A stretch of 64,000 nt of DNA from Candidatus Poseidoniaceae archaeon (GTDB lineage: Archaea > Thermoplasmatota > Poseidoniia > Poseidoniales > Poseidoniaceae): contig JAOMTZ010000006.1 of the NCBI GenBank assembly GCA_028356125.1, positions 3,350-67,349 of the forward strand. The letters run 5' to 3'. Below the pieces are notes generated by a model. That model saw only the letters and a program-made list of their open reading frames with translations. It was not told the origin of the DNA and made no database searches. Of this stretch, positions 18,809 to 29,536 are shown in pieces. The stretch's first letter is position 1. Every line of letters starts with the position of its first letter. A program made the translations under genes and the position numbers.

Positions 18809-19138
18809 ATGAGTGGACGAGGATTAGACCATCTTATTGAACAGAATGAAACCGACCTTGGGTTTCTTTCTGCATACGGAGGGGGCGAATCGCCCGAAGA
18901 ACTGCTTGCATTGATTCAGCAATCGATATGTGATGAAATGAATATCGAGATTAATGATGAAGGGATTTTATTCGTTTTAGTGGCTAAAAATTTACCTTTG
19001 GTCGCCTCAGACATAAATCGTAGAGGCTTTCTTAATGGTGAATTAAAACCAGAAGGTGTTACTGTTACAATCACAGATTATGGACCAGAGCAAAAGCGCT
19101 TCATTGAAAGGCTAGTAGAATTCATTTGTAGCGAATGA
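18809..19138 (+). CDS. Hypothetical protein
   Basis: 109 aa ORF 9 bp downstream of the SAP gene with a GAGG SD-like motif. No recognisable motif. Confidence 0.6.
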   Translation: MSGRGLDHLIEQNETDLGFLSAYGGGESPEELLALIQQSICDEMNIEINDEGILFVLVAKNLPLVASDINRRGFLNGELKPEGVTVTITDYGPEQKRFIERLVEFICSE

Positions 19139-19685
19139 TTGCAGCGATTGCGATCACTCCAGCAGTTGCCATGATTCCTAGTGCAGACATGTCATCTGAA
19201 TCATCTGATGCCTTTTCAGAACAACCATCTCCGCCCCATTCACCATCGTTTAACCAACAGTCCGACCAAGTCTTATAGAATCCAGATGAGGGGAACATTT
19301 CAGTCGTATCATTGTCTTCAGAGTAAGTAGCTTTGACTCTCCAGTTCACATATGTATGGTCTTCGATTGTAGTAACTGCAGATGTAAATGTTCTATCATC
19401 ATCAGTAAGGAGAGTTGCCTCTTCAGGAGGTAAGCATACACCCTCATTGTTACAAATCTGAGTAGTCAGAGAGAAAGTAGTATTGTTGTTGTATGACGCA
19501 TCATTTAGGGTCATCGTAATTTCCCAATCTTCCAAATCATGAGTAGTTTCAGTGTGAGTTATTGCATTGAAAATAGTATCTTCAACAACAGGTTCGACAT
19601 TTACTCCGCCCTCCATGTCAGCAGCAGAAGCTGAATTAATTAAGGCGAAACTCATCAAAATACAAACAAGGACTCTAGTTCTCAT
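19122..19685 (-). CDS. Secreted/membrane-anchored hypothetical protein
   Basis: Signal peptide (MRTRVLVCILMSFALINSASA), Cys pairs, acidic linker and C-terminal TM + RYK. ATGA overlap with the upstream PUA gene. Confidence 0.75.
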   Translation of the reverse strand: MRTRVLVCILMSFALINSASAADMEGGVNVEPVVEDTIFNAITHTETTHDLEDWEITMTLNDASYNNNTTFSLTTQICNNEGVCLPPEEATLLTDDDRTFTSAVTTIEDHTYVNWRVKATYSEDNDTTEMFPSSGFYKTWSDCWLNDGEWGGDGCSEKASDDSDDMSALGIMATAGVIAIAAIIRYK

Positions 19686-20191
19686 AATTCCATCTCCCAT
19701 AACTCATCACCTACCCAATGTATGTTCTTTAGCCCCTTACCCTTTACTTCAGTAATGAGGGATGACCCATCCTTGGTAGCCCATCCTATGGCCAATGGGC
19801 GTTTATGGGTTTGGTCTCGAACCCACACCAAGTCTCCATCAACGATATCCTCGTCAGCGGAATGAATTCCGGCCACCATACAATCTGCTCCTTTCATCAA
19901 GAAGGGTATTGCACCGTGATCAACTTCAACAAATCTCTTTTCACAGGGATAAGAAAGGAATCCTCGTAATGTTAAGAATACAACTCTTTCATCACTAGGA
20001 CTCATCAATTCAACCGCCAGAGGCACTCTGTCGACTAAAACCATCTTCCATGGTCCATAATCAGCCATCTCCAAAAATGCTCCGTCAACAGCCAAATCGA
20101 TTCCCAAAGCTTCTTCCAAATCTTTGAGAAGGGGTGCAATGTTCTTCCTTCGAACAGGACGCCTCTTCTTGATTTGCCAATCCTTGGCCAT
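19682..20191 (-). CDS. PUA-domain RNA-binding protein (MCT-1/Tma20-like, DUF1947)
   Basis: VEVDHGAIPFLMKGADCMVAGI...GKGLKNIHWVGDELW. Confidence 0.9.
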   Translation of the reverse strand: MAKDWQIKKRRPVRRKNIAPLLKDLEEALGIDLAVDGAFLEMADYGPWKMVLVDRVPLAVELMSPSDERVVFLTLRGFLSYPCEKRFVEVDHGAIPFLMKGADCMVAGIHSADEDIVDGDLVWVRDQTHKRPLAIGWATKDGSSLITEVKGKGLKNIHWVGDELWEMEL

Positions 20192-20257
20192 GTACAGCCC
20201 TAGGGATTCTCCGGTTTGACCCTTCGGTTTGATGTGCTTGGCACTCTTCGGGATAGC

Positions 20258-20827
20258 ATGGACGTATGGTGTGCCATCAGAACTTACCCTAAACATGCTG
20301 AGGAGTTAGGGAATCCAATTCCTCAGGAACCGGTATTCTTCTTGAAATCAACCTCTAGCGTTGTTAGTTTTGGACAAATCGACACTTGCGGGGGCGACGT
20401 GCATCATGAGGTTGAACTAGTTCTGAAATTAGGAGATGATTTGATGCCAACAGAGATGGCTTTGGGCTTGGACCTAACAAAGAGGAGTGTACAAGATCGC
20501 CTCAAAGCAGGTGGTCTACCTTGGGCTGAAGCCAAAGCATTCGCAGGTAGCTCAGTAATAGGTGACTGGGTCAAGTACAATCCTAATGCAGAATATGGTC
20601 TCAAAATCAATGGAAATGAGGTTCAAAGGGGTTCACTTGTTGAAATGAGTTGGACGCCTAGAGAATTAATTGACAAATTGTCTAATTGGGCTCCGATAAT
20701 GAAAGGAGATGTATTGTTTACAGGGACTCCTGCCGGAGTTGGGCCATTAATGGCTGGAGATGCGGTCACCGCCTCTCTGTACCTCGATGGAGCCTGTATT
20801 GACACTCAGTCAGCAGACTGTGTTTGA
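20258..20827 (+). CDS. Fumarylacetoacetate hydrolase family protein
   Basis: YPKHAEELGN, PVFFLK, HHEVELV, LDLTKR, WAEAKAF and GDVLFTGTPAGVG. Confidence 0.92.
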   Translation: MDVWCAIRTYPKHAEELGNPIPQEPVFFLKSTSSVVSFGQIDTCGGDVHHEVELVLKLGDDLMPTEMALGLDLTKRSVQDRLKAGGLPWAEAKAFAGSSVIGDWVKYNPNAEYGLKINGNEVQRGSLVEMSWTPRELIDKLSNWAPIMKGDVLFTGTPAGVGPLMAGDAVTASLYLDGACIDTQSADCV

Positions 20828-20880
20828 TGCATACCCTTCAAATATGAACGGCTGGTCGCCGAATCGCTGGAGACAATAAT

Positions 20881-21255
20881 ATGGCACAGTGGCACGGAAT
20901 CTCTCGTCGTAAGTCAACTGGTGGACGTCGCGTTCCTTCTCGTGGAAAGCGCAGCACTGAAATTTCCTCTGAGAAGCAATTTGCTCTCATCGGGGAACCT
21001 AAGCGTAAAATCTACCGCAAGACCGGTGGAAACACACTAGTTCGTGTTCTATCTGACAACCGCTGTACAGTTAACGGAAAGGACGGGAAGTCCTCCGTTG
21101 CTTCAATTACCAACGTCATCAAGAATGACGCAAATCCAAACTACATTCGTCGTAACATCCTAACTAAGGGTGCAGTTGTTGAGACCGATAAGGGACACGT
21201 TAGAATTACTTCTCGTCCAGGGCACGATGGCGTCCTGAACGGTGTTGTCCTTTGA
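20881..21255 (+). CDS. rps8e: 30S ribosomal protein S8e
   Basis: MAQWHGISRRKSTGGR...NPNYIRRNILTKGAVVET...RITSRPGHDGVLNGV. Confidence 0.97.
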   Translation: MAQWHGISRRKSTGGRRVPSRGKRSTEISSEKQFALIGEPKRKIYRKTGGNTLVRVLSDNRCTVNGKDGKSSVASITNVIKNDANPNYIRRNILTKGAVVETDKGHVRITSRPGHDGVLNGVVL

Positions 21256-21291
21256 ATGGGTTCAAAGCCAACCACCCACTGAGGGGTTGAC

Positions 21292-21744
21292 ATGGACCAC
21301 AATCCTGACCGCATCGCAGTCTGGCCTGGTTACTTCAATGCCAAGTCTAGTCGTCGTAGTGGTCGCCGTGTTCCACGAGATTCTAGCGTACTCAAACCTG
21401 ACCTTGAGGGGCTATTTATTGCATCTAGAGCATTAGGTCTCAAGAAGGTCAAGCGCGAAGAAAGAGTGTCACACCCAAACCGACCTCATAGCAAGGAAGG
21501 TCGCCTTTGGGTTTCCAAAAAAGGAGCAAACGAATCGATTGGTGCAACTACCAAGGAAGAGATTCTCCAACTCATTGGTGGCCAATGGAGACAAATGCAA
21601 AAAGATCAGCGCAATAATGAGAAAGAAGCTCAGAAGCGAGGACCAAAGGTTGGGGACAAGAGAGCGCGTTCACAGCGTAAAGGCTCCAATAAGGCACGAG
21701 CAGCACAAGCACGTGCTCAGCGTAGTCAGAAGCGTCGTCGTTGA
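21292..21744 (+). CDS. srp19: Signal recognition particle 19 kDa protein
   Basis: VWPGYFNAKSSRRSGRRVP...HP...GRLWV...KEEILQLI. Conserved position after rps8e. Long basic C-terminal extension. Confidence 0.9.
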   Translation: MDHNPDRIAVWPGYFNAKSSRRSGRRVPRDSSVLKPDLEGLFIASRALGLKKVKREERVSHPNRPHSKEGRLWVSKKGANESIGATTKEEILQLIGGQWRQMQKDQRNNEKEAQKRGPKVGDKRARSQRKGSNKARAAQARAQRSQKRRR

Positions 21745-21755
21745 GTAGTAATCTG

Positions 21756-22661
21756 TTAGATTGTATCAATCCAATCTGCAATCTTCTGCAAACATTGTTT
21801 TGTTTCAGGAATAAAATTTCCAAATAACCACCAATCATGGAACATATTTGGCCATATTTCAATTTCAATATCTACGCCATCTTTCGCAGCCTTTTCGCCT
21901 ATGATGTGAGTGTCGTCCAGTAAGATTTCGTTCTCACCGGTCATAACTAAAATACGGGGGAGTCCGCTGAAATCTCCGAATGCAGGCGAGATGTATGGTC
22001 TCTCTTTATCGATGCCTGGGGCATAATACTCTGCGCTATCTTTGGTCATTTGGTGAATAAACATCGGGTCAGCCTTAGCGTTAGTTCTATGTGATTCTGA
22101 TTCACAAGTTAAGTCAGTCCAGGGAGAAAATAATACTGATGCATCTGGGAGTTTTTCATCGTGGTCACGAAGATACATCATCAAAGCCAGACTAAGCCCA
22201 CCTCCAGCAGAATCCCCCGCTAAGATAATTTGCGAATCCAGGTTTTTCGTGACAATATCTCTCCATGCTGCCAAGGCATCATCTAGCGCTGCAGGATAGG
22301 GGTTTTCAGGCGCTAGGCGATAATCTACCGAGTGACATACGCTCCGGGTTATTTTGCATAAATTAGTCAATCCTAACCTATGCGTAGTTAGTGATGAACC
22401 GAAGCAATATCCTCCTCCATGGAAAAAAACAATCAATGTGTTCTTGCGTTGATTTTTCTTTGGGGCGAGGGTAACTCCCGAGATTCCACCAAACTCGGTC
22501 CGTTTAATACGTACCCCAAAAGGGCCAAATATTTTCGAACCTAGCCATGCCTGAGGATGAACATAAAAGCGAACAAACCTAGCAGATGGTTTGAAAATCC
22601 GGTAGAGGATTTTGTTTGGGCGGATTAGTGCTGAAACGATATTACCTCGAATACTCAACAC
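21756..22661 (-). CDS. Alpha/beta hydrolase (HSL-family esterase/lipase)
   Basis: FHGGGY, DYRLAPENPYPAALDD, GDSAGG, E..LDD and MFHDW. Confidence 0.93.
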   Translation of the reverse strand: MLSIRGNIVSALIRPNKILYRIFKPSARFVRFYVHPQAWLGSKIFGPFGVRIKRTEFGGISGVTLAPKKNQRKNTLIVFFHGGGYCFGSSLTTHRLGLTNLCKITRSVCHSVDYRLAPENPYPAALDDALAAWRDIVTKNLDSQIILAGDSAGGGLSLALMMYLRDHDEKLPDASVLFSPWTDLTCESESHRTNAKADPMFIHQMTKDSAEYYAPGIDKERPYISPAFGDFSGLPRILVMTGENEILLDDTHIIGEKAAKDGVDIEIEIWPNMFHDWWLFGNFIPETKQCLQKIADWIDTI

Positions 22662-22796
22662 TTCACCATTATACTGTATTACTGGTTATGCTATGAAGAT
22701 ATTTATTCGGCTATGGGGGCTCTAGTCGAATGGATATACCTTGTACATTCATGCACTCAACGAGGGTTGGATGGCACGCACAACCACGATAAACCA

Positions 22797-23573
22797 TCAA
22801 CTTGCATTGGATTTGATAACATCCCAATTCTTTTCCCCACTCGCATTGATTTCAAGGGTGAATTTGAGCCCTAATTTCAGACTGAAATGCCTTGCTCTTT
22901 TCCTTGCCATCTTTTCTTCACCATACTCAAACCATTCTAAGTTCAATATTACAAAGGATTCTTCTTGACTTTTTGGGTCCCACAAACACACTCTTCGGTC
23001 CCCATAAAACACTGCGCCGTCACTTGGAGGATCGTACAATATCGCAACTTCATCGGTTGATTTCAGATAAATACCCAACAGTAACTCAGGGTAGAACTCC
23101 TGCCCAGTTTTTGGATCCGTAGTATGTTCGATGACAGCCAAAAAACGATGATTTTTATCAAACCAATGCATTGTACATACACCTTCTACCGGTTCAGGAT
23201 TAAACAGGTTACTGCAACCGGCAATCACAAACCTTGAACCAAACCAAAGGAAAGGAATGCAAATGATCATCACACATGGAACAATAAAGAGGGCTCCTCC
23301 AAGTGCGGAACCGATTATCATAACGATAGGTATAGCACAAAAAACACTTCCAAAAATCAAGAACATAAGCGCAGGTCCTATTTGTCTCCCACCTCTTGTG
23401 ATTTCACTCTCCATAACGAGGATGACACCGCCAGGAACACTCTTTTCCTCGATTGCATCCAGGAGCTTCTGACCTCTTCCCTCATCGACCTTTCGTCCTT
23501 TTCTTGGGCGTCTGGAAAACGAGACCTTCTGTGATTCAGTCGATATTCTGTCTAAAAGCCCCATCATCATCAC
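22797..23573 (-). CDS. Hypothetical two-TM membrane protein
   Basis: 258 aa ORF with a central TM hairpin. No recognised motif. Confidence 0.65.
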   Translation of the reverse strand: MMMMGLLDRISTESQKVSFSRRPRKGRKVDEGRGQKLLDAIEEKSVPGGVILVMESEITRGGRQIGPALMFLIFGSVFCAIPIVMIIGSALGGALFIVPCVMIICIPFLWFGSRFVIAGCSNLFNPEPVEGVCTMHWFDKNHRFLAVIEHTTDPKTGQEFYPELLLGIYLKSTDEVAILYDPPSDGAVFYGDRRVCLWDPKSQEESFVILNLEWFEYGEEKMARKRARHFSLKLGLKFTLEINASGEKNWDVIKSNAS

Positions 23574-23733
23574 GTCCAGTATATCTAATCACATTCTACA
23601 AGATGATAAATCATGTCCCGTCAAAAGAAAATATTGAAATCTATTTTCTCTAACTAATTCAGACGATAATGGAAATACTTGTGTGAATAATCTCTTCTAA
23701 GTATATCACATTCCGTTCCAAATAGTCGGAAAA

Positions 23734-24183
23734 CTAAGAATCTGAGATGGAAAGTAATTCAGCGCCCTGAATGACTTGATCTCCAGTATTGTAATTGACA
23801 GCTTCCACAATACCATCGTGACCTGCAACAATTTTGTGTTCCATTTTCATTGCTTCCATGACCATCAATGCATCACCAGCCTTGACATTCTGGCCAACAG
23901 AAACTAGCACATCTAGGATTTTACCTGGCATTGGTGCAGTAAGGCCGCCATCATCATCCGCGCCGGATGCCCCGGCCTCTATGGTTTCGAATTGTAGGGT
24001 GTGGCCAAGAACATGGACCCACCATGTGTCTCCTACCTTTGCAGCAGTAGCCTTGTGCTTACGGCCACCCATCTCTAGCCATATCTCGTTGCCCATATGG
24101 ACAAGTGTTGCACCGTGAATGAAGGTTAGGCCATCTCGATGAGCCTCAATCTCTTTCCTTCCATCAGATGTTTTGAATTCCAT
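23734..24183 (-). CDS. Biotin carboxyl carrier protein (stand-alone C-terminal part of carboxylase alpha subunit)
   Basis: LTAPMPGKI...MEAMKMEH biotinylation motif. TGATG overlap with the biotin carboxylase stop. Confidence 0.92.
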   Translation of the reverse strand: MEFKTSDGRKEIEAHRDGLTFIHGATLVHMGNEIWLEMGGRKHKATAAKVGDTWWVHVLGHTLQFETIEAGASGADDDGGLTAPMPGKILDVLVSVGQNVKAGDALMVMEAMKMEHKIVAGHDGIVEAVNYNTGDQVIQGAELLSISDS

Positions 24184-25670
24184 CAAGGATACCTCCTTGA
24201 TAGTTGAGAGAATGGTGACGGCGCTTGTGAAGAACCTGACTGCGAAGCAGCAGTCCTGCCGTGGTTTGTTGATTCACATGCGGAAGCGATTAGCAAACCA
24301 GCATCTGCAATAGCAGCGGGTAGATCTGGATTCCATCCATCTGGCCACAGTCGGTCAATCATGTCGGTAGTTGTCCATCCATCGACAACATCTGGATGGT
24401 CACATAACTCTCTGAGGAATCGGACATTAGTTGTGCAGCCAAGAACTACGAATTCATCAAGAGCCCTGCCCATTCTTTGCAATGCTTCTTTTCTTGAAGG
24501 GGCCCAAACAATCAGTTTGGCAAGCATTGGGTCGTAATCTGGAGTTACTGCATCACCTTCGCGGACTCCTGTATCAAGGCGCACACCAGGACCAGTAGGT
24601 GGAATAAATCGCTTTAGTTGACCGATTGCTGGAAGGAAATTGTTAGCAGGGTCTTCAGCGTAAAGACGGACTTCGATTGCATGGCCACGGATGTTTAAAT
24701 CTCCACAACTCATTGCTTCTCCTCCAGCAATTCGTAATTGTTCTCTTACCAAGTCTACGCCAGTAACCATCTCAGTGACTGGATGTTCGACTTGGATTCT
24801 AGTATTCATTTCTAAGAAAAAGAATTCACCAGTTGGAGTAACTAAGAATTCTACAGTGCCCGCCCCTTCGTAATTCACGGCTCTTGCGGCATCACATGCG
24901 GCGTCCCCCATAGCCTGTCGCAATTCGGCGTCAATAGCAACACTCGGAGCTTCTTCGAACACCTTTTGATGTCTTCTTTGAACACTACACTCTCTTTCGC
25001 CTAGGTGGATAGTTCGCCCGTACTTGTCGGCTAAGACTTGTATCTCGATGTGACGACTTCCGGTTAGTAATCTCTCAACATAGACTCGATCGTCTCCAAA
25101 TGCGTTCAATGCTTCTCGCATTGCAGCCTTTGCTTCGCTTTCCAGATTCTCTTCTTCATACACTGCTCGCATTCCTTTACCGCCGCCTCCAGCAGTTGCT
25201 TTGAGCAATAATGGGTATCCAACAGAAGGAGCTATGGCGAGGACTTCTTCTAAGCCTCCATCTATTTCTTCTCCCGGGATTACAGGAACTCCTGCAGCTT
25301 TCATAGTGATCCTTGCAGTCATTTTGTCACCCATTTGGGTTATCGCTTCAGGAGAAGGTCCAATCCAAATAAGGCCAGAATCCATTACCAATTGAGCGAA
25401 ATCTGCTCTTTCGGATAAGAACCCAAAGCCGGGGTGTATCGAATCACATCCGTTTTGGATTGCGATTTCAAGAATTTGTTCTTGATTGAGATATGTTTCT
25501 GCAAGTCCTTCTCCTTGCAGAGGAATCGCAATGTCAGCAATCTCTGTGAACAACGAGCCTGCGTCATTTGCAGCATGGATTGCAACTCCTTCGATACCTG
25601 CCTCTTTGCAAGCACGTAAGATACGGCATGCAATCTCACCGCGGTTTGCGACGAGAGTGCGTTTTAGCAT
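24183..25670 (-). CDS. Biotin carboxylase subunit (methylcrotonyl-CoA carboxylase alpha-like)
   Basis: LVANRGEIACR, HPGFGFLSE, GGGGKGMR, ERECSVQRRHQK, FLEMNTRIQVEHPVTE and YDPMLAKL. Confidence 0.93.
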   Translation of the reverse strand: MLKRTLVANRGEIACRILRACKEAGIEGVAIHAANDAGSLFTEIADIAIPLQGEGLAETYLNQEQILEIAIQNGCDSIHPGFGFLSERADFAQLVMDSGLIWIGPSPEAITQMGDKMTARITMKAAGVPVIPGEEIDGGLEEVLAIAPSVGYPLLLKATAGGGGKGMRAVYEEENLESEAKAAMREALNAFGDDRVYVERLLTGSRHIEIQVLADKYGRTIHLGERECSVQRRHQKVFEEAPSVAIDAELRQAMGDAACDAARAVNYEGAGTVEFLVTPTGEFFFLEMNTRIQVEHPVTEMVTGVDLVREQLRIAGGEAMSCGDLNIRGHAIEVRLYAEDPANNFLPAIGQLKRFIPPTGPGVRLDTGVREGDAVTPDYDPMLAKLIVWAPSRKEALQRMGRALDEFVVLGCTTNVRFLRELCDHPDVVDGWTTTDMIDRLWPDGWNPDLPAAIADAGLLIASACESTNHGRTAASQSGSSQAPSPFSQLSRRYP

Positions 25671-25674
25671 CGAA

Positions 25675-26517
25675 TCACTCCTCGGGTTTCCAGTTAGCGC
25701 TTCTCTTTTCTAGGAATGAAGAAAGCCCTTCTTGACCTTCTTGACTTCCACGCATTCTGCTGGTGAAGTCCAATGTCCATAGTCTGAGAGATTCATCATT
25801 TTCAGACCATCTGTCAAACCCTAGGGTCAATTCCTTAGCAGCAGTAACTGCGCAAGGGCCTGTTGAGAGGACTTCTGAGATAATCTTTGACGAATCTGCT
25901 TCACCATCTTCACTAACGGAATCAATCATGCCAATTCTGAGCGCTTCAGATGTATCCATTCTACCTGCAAGCATAGCATGTCTGCGGAAATTTGCGCTAC
26001 CCATTCTACGATAGACGTAGGGGCCGATTACAGCAGGAAGAATCCCAAGTTTTCCTTCAGATAATGCAATCTTGGCTTTAGGGTTGCAAATTACGTGATC
26101 TAGACAAGCAATCAAACCAGCACCTCCGCCTAATGCCACGCCTTGAACTAGCCCAATCGTGAAACATGGATGAGACCAAAGTCCATTGAACAAAGCATCC
26201 AATCTTTCAGAATCTCTTCGATTTTCTTCGGGAGTATTTGCTCCTGCATCTCTCATCATGTTGATGTCGGCTCCTGCACAGAAGTGCTTACCTTGGCCGG
26301 TCAATGTTAGTACTCTGAGGTAAGGGGTTCCGTCATCAGATGCTAACTTTCCAGTAGTGCCTACGGAGTTCTCTGATGTCCATTGGAATACTTCGATTAA
26401 TTCAGTAATCATTTGGATATTCAAGGCGTTATATTTCTCTGAACGGGCCAGACTAACGCGAGCAATACATCCATCGATTTCCAATTGAATAAGTGAAGTT
26501 GTGGGTTGATTATTCAT
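25675..26517 (-). CDS. Enoyl-CoA hydratase family, probable methylglutaconyl-CoA hydratase
   Basis: FCAGADI, GVALGGGAGL, SEGKLGILPAVIGPYV and EGQEGLSSFLEKR. Lies between the MCC subunit genes, as liuC does. Confidence 0.85.
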   Translation of the reverse strand: MNNQPTTSLIQLEIDGCIARVSLARSEKYNALNIQMITELIEVFQWTSENSVGTTGKLASDDGTPYLRVLTLTGQGKHFCAGADINMMRDAGANTPEENRRDSERLDALFNGLWSHPCFTIGLVQGVALGGGAGLIACLDHVICNPKAKIALSEGKLGILPAVIGPYVYRRMGSANFRRHAMLAGRMDTSEALRIGMIDSVSEDGEADSSKIISEVLSTGPCAVTAAKELTLGFDRWSENDESLRLWTLDFTSRMRGSQEGQEGLSSFLEKRSANWKPEE

Positions 26518-26552
26518 GTCTAATTCTCCAATTGCAAAAATTAAAATTCCAA

Positions 26553-28163
26553 TTACATTCTAAATACGCCAAATCTGTCGTTTGGCAACTTCGCATTTTG
26601 ACTTGCGGCTATACATAATCCTAGAACATCTCTGGTGTCTCTTGGGTCGATAATCCCATCATCCCAAAGTCTCGCTGTGGAATAATATGGGCTACCTTCA
26701 GTCTCATACTTTTCCAGTATTGGTGAGCGGAAATCGTCCAACTCTTCACCTTCCATTGGTGGCATTCCTTCACGCGCTCTCTGGTCTTGTTTGACAGTCG
26801 TTAGAACGTCTGCAGCCTGCGGACCACCCATCACTGAGATTCGACTGTTAGGCCACATGAATAGGAATCTTGGATCATATGCTCTGCCACACATACCGTA
26901 ATTTCCAGCTCCGTGCGAGCCACCAATAATTACTGTGAACTTTGGAACATTGACGCAGGATACTGCTGTGACTAATTTTGCACCATCCTTGGCAATACCG
27001 CCAGCCTCGTACGCTTTACCTACCATGAACCCAGTAATGTTCTGTAAGAACACCAGAGGTATGCCTCTTTGTCCACACAATTCAACAAAATGCGCTCCTT
27101 TTAGTGAGGATTCTGAAAACAGGATTCCATTGTTTGCAACAATTCCTACCTTGTAACCGTGAATGTGGGCAAATCCACAAATCAAGGTCTGACCATATCT
27201 GGCCTTGAATTCATGGAATCTACTACCGTCTACAATTCTCGAGATTATTTCCTTGATGTCAACAGGAGTTCGATTATCTGATGGGATAAGACCTAGCAAA
27301 TCTTCAACGTCATGGAATGGCTCATCTGGCTCTATTCTATCGAATGGTGCAAGTTCTCTAGAACCAAGGTTCTCTACTACATTGCGTACCATTCTCAATG
27401 CTTCAGACTCATCTTCAGCAAAGTGATCAGCCACTCCGCTTTGAGCGGTGTGTACATCTGCTCCACCTAATTCTTCGGCAGTCACAACTTCGCCTGTTGC
27501 AGCCTTTACTAGGGGGGGACCTGCGAGGAAAATAGTTCCATTTCCTTTGACAATTATTGACTCATCACTCATTGCAGGGACGTATGCTCCTCCGGCAGTA
27601 CAACTCCCCAGTACGGCAGCAACCTGTGGTATTCCATCTCCAGACATTCTTGCTTGATTGCGGAATATTCGACCAAAGTGGCCTATGTCCGGAAATACTT
27701 CGTCCTGCATAGGCAGAAATGCTCCGCCTGAATCGACTAGGTAGATACACGGAAGATTATTTTCGTGAGCCACAGTTTGTGCACGAATGTGTTTCTTGAC
27801 AGTCATAGGGTAGTAAGATCCTCCCTTCACTGTAGCATCGTTGGCTACGAATAGGCATTCTCGCCCGTGTATCATTCCGACTCCAGTTACTATACCTGCA
27901 CTGTTTGCTCTGCCGTCATACAATTCATAGGCAGCAAGAGGAGATAATTCGAGGAAAGCAGTTCCGGGGTCGATAATTTTCTCAATACGTTCCCTAGCTA
28001 GCATTTTACCTCTACTTCTATGCCTCTCGACATATTTCCCACCTCCACCATTGCTTACGGTGTCCAGGCGGTTTCGAAGAGTTTCAATCAATTCTTGATT
28101 GTGAGTTCGTCGCTTTTGGAAGTCTGAGTCGGCACGATTGACACGGGTTGCTAGTCTATCCAT
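26553..28163 (-). CDS. 3-methylcrotonyl-CoA carboxylase beta (carboxyltransferase) subunit
   Basis: [57 protein letters not shown] and C-terminal FGVFRM. Confidence 0.93.
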   Translation of the reverse strand: MDRLATRVNRADSDFQKRRTHNQELIETLRNRLDTVSNGGGGKYVERHRSRGKMLARERIEKIIDPGTAFLELSPLAAYELYDGRANSAGIVTGVGMIHGRECLFVANDATVKGGSYYPMTVKKHIRAQTVAHENNLPCIYLVDSGGAFLPMQDEVFPDIGHFGRIFRNQARMSGDGIPQVAAVLGSCTAGGAYVPAMSDESIIVKGNGTIFLAGPPLVKAATGEVVTAEELGGADVHTAQSGVADHFAEDESEALRMVRNVVENLGSRELAPFDRIEPDEPFHDVEDLLGLIPSDNRTPVDIKEIISRIVDGSRFHEFKARYGQTLICGFAHIHGYKVGIVANNGILFSESSLKGAHFVELCGQRGIPLVFLQNITGFMVGKAYEAGGIAKDGAKLVTAVSCVNVPKFTVIIGGSHGAGNYGMCGRAYDPRFLFMWPNSRISVMGGPQAADVLTTVKQDQRAREGMPPMEGEELDDFRSPILEKYETEGSPYYSTARLWDDGIIDPRDTRDVLGLCIAASQNAKLPNDRFGVFRM

Positions 28164-28212
28164 GTCTGCCCCTCATCACAACCGAAGGTAGAGTTCAACT
28201 TGAATCAACCGC

Positions 28213-29490
28213 TTATACTCCAAGAATTAAGCGGCCAATGTCTCGTAATCCTGGAGCAAGCCCGACAATCATTACGGCCAATACGATTAGTACACGCAAA
28301 TGTTGCTGCCTACTCTCTATTCTCATCTGTGAAAACATCCAAACTATCAGAGATACAATACACGCCTTGACTAGGAAAAATAGCCACGCACCTTCTCCTA
28401 AGATTTCTAGGCTGTCACCATACTGAATCACTGCATCAGAAACAGGATGCTTCTCAGAATAGCCGAACCAATCGATACCAACCATGGTGGCAAGACCATC
28501 ACATAATTGCCCAAACAACATCCCTGCAACCATTGGAGTAGCAAGTATGCCCTTTGGAGTTAGAATCTCAACAGCGTGTTCAGAGCGGTCTTCGCTTTCC
28601 CATTCAGCTAATGTCATTCCATCAGGAATTAATCCGACTTCGTTTCCAGTTAATCGTAATTGAGCAAGGTCTTCTTCTCCTTGCCTCCATACAGCCCAAG
28701 TAATCACTAATGGTAAGACTACTACTACAAGAACCGGCCAAATAACCTCGTTGTCTCGTGGCATCAATCCACTATCTTGAGCCCAAGGTGTTGAAATGAG
28801 TTGAATCCAATGCCCGATTCCCATAGTGATTAATCCGATTGCAAAAGCAAGCATGCTTCTAGGAATTGCCTCCCAGTCCCAAGTATTGTGGATTACTACA
28901 GCAATCATTACGGCTCCGGCAATAGCGCCACTTAGTATCCAAAAGTGGCCAGTATCATGGACGTGAACATTCGGTAATACCAACAGGCCAGTAAATGCAA
29001 TGTAGGCCACTAGGAGCATTGCTAACATTGAGATTTCATTCTTCTTTCCAATGTGTCCAATGAATCCCGAAACAACTAGCCATGCTGCAAGATGAATGTG
29101 GATTAGTGGTGAGATAAATAGTACATCGACGCCTTCTGCAAAGTAATCAGCATCTTCCATAACTCGTAGGATTGGTGCCAGAACGACCCATGCGATTAAC
29201 GCCCATAGCATTCTATCATCTACAGGTAGTCTCCACTTCCTGAATACAGCCTGCAGTACGATTACTGCAGCGACCATAGTAAGAATGTAAATTGCAGTGT
29301 TGACGCCTGAGTAACCAGCATCACCACTTTCTCCAGCATCTTTTACGATAGGATCCCAGATGTATATTTTGATAAAATCATCCCAGAACATTTCTGGAGC
29401 GAAGATTAATCCTCCGATTACTAGGAGTGCTATCGAAGCGAAAATGGATAGAAGTAACCGCTCTCCGTTGGAGAACTCTGTGTCATCCAT
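28213..29490 (-). CDS. DUF63 family archaeal membrane protein
   Basis: YIWDPI...GYSGVNT, RVMEDA, Q..DG.AT..GI...GYSEKHPVS and GLAPGLRD. Confidence 0.85.
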   Translation of the reverse strand: MDDTEFSNGERLLLSIFASIALLVIGGLIFAPEMFWDDFIKIYIWDPIVKDAGESGDAGYSGVNTAIYILTMVAAVIVLQAVFRKWRLPVDDRMLWALIAWVVLAPILRVMEDADYFAEGVDVLFISPLIHIHLAAWLVVSGFIGHIGKKNEISMLAMLLVAYIAFTGLLVLPNVHVHDTGHFWILSGAIAGAVMIAVVIHNTWDWEAIPRSMLAFAIGLITMGIGHWIQLISTPWAQDSGLMPRDNEVIWPVLVVVVLPLVITWAVWRQGEEDLAQLRLTGNEVGLIPDGMTLAEWESEDRSEHAVEILTPKGILATPMVAGMLFGQLCDGLATMVGIDWFGYSEKHPVSDAVIQYGDSLEILGEGAWLFFLVKACIVSLIVWMFSQMRIESRQQHLRVLIVLAVMIVGLAPGLRDIGRLILGV

Positions 29491-29536
29491 GTTAACTCTC
29501 AACCCAATCAAGATGATGAGTGTTACCTGTTAAGGC

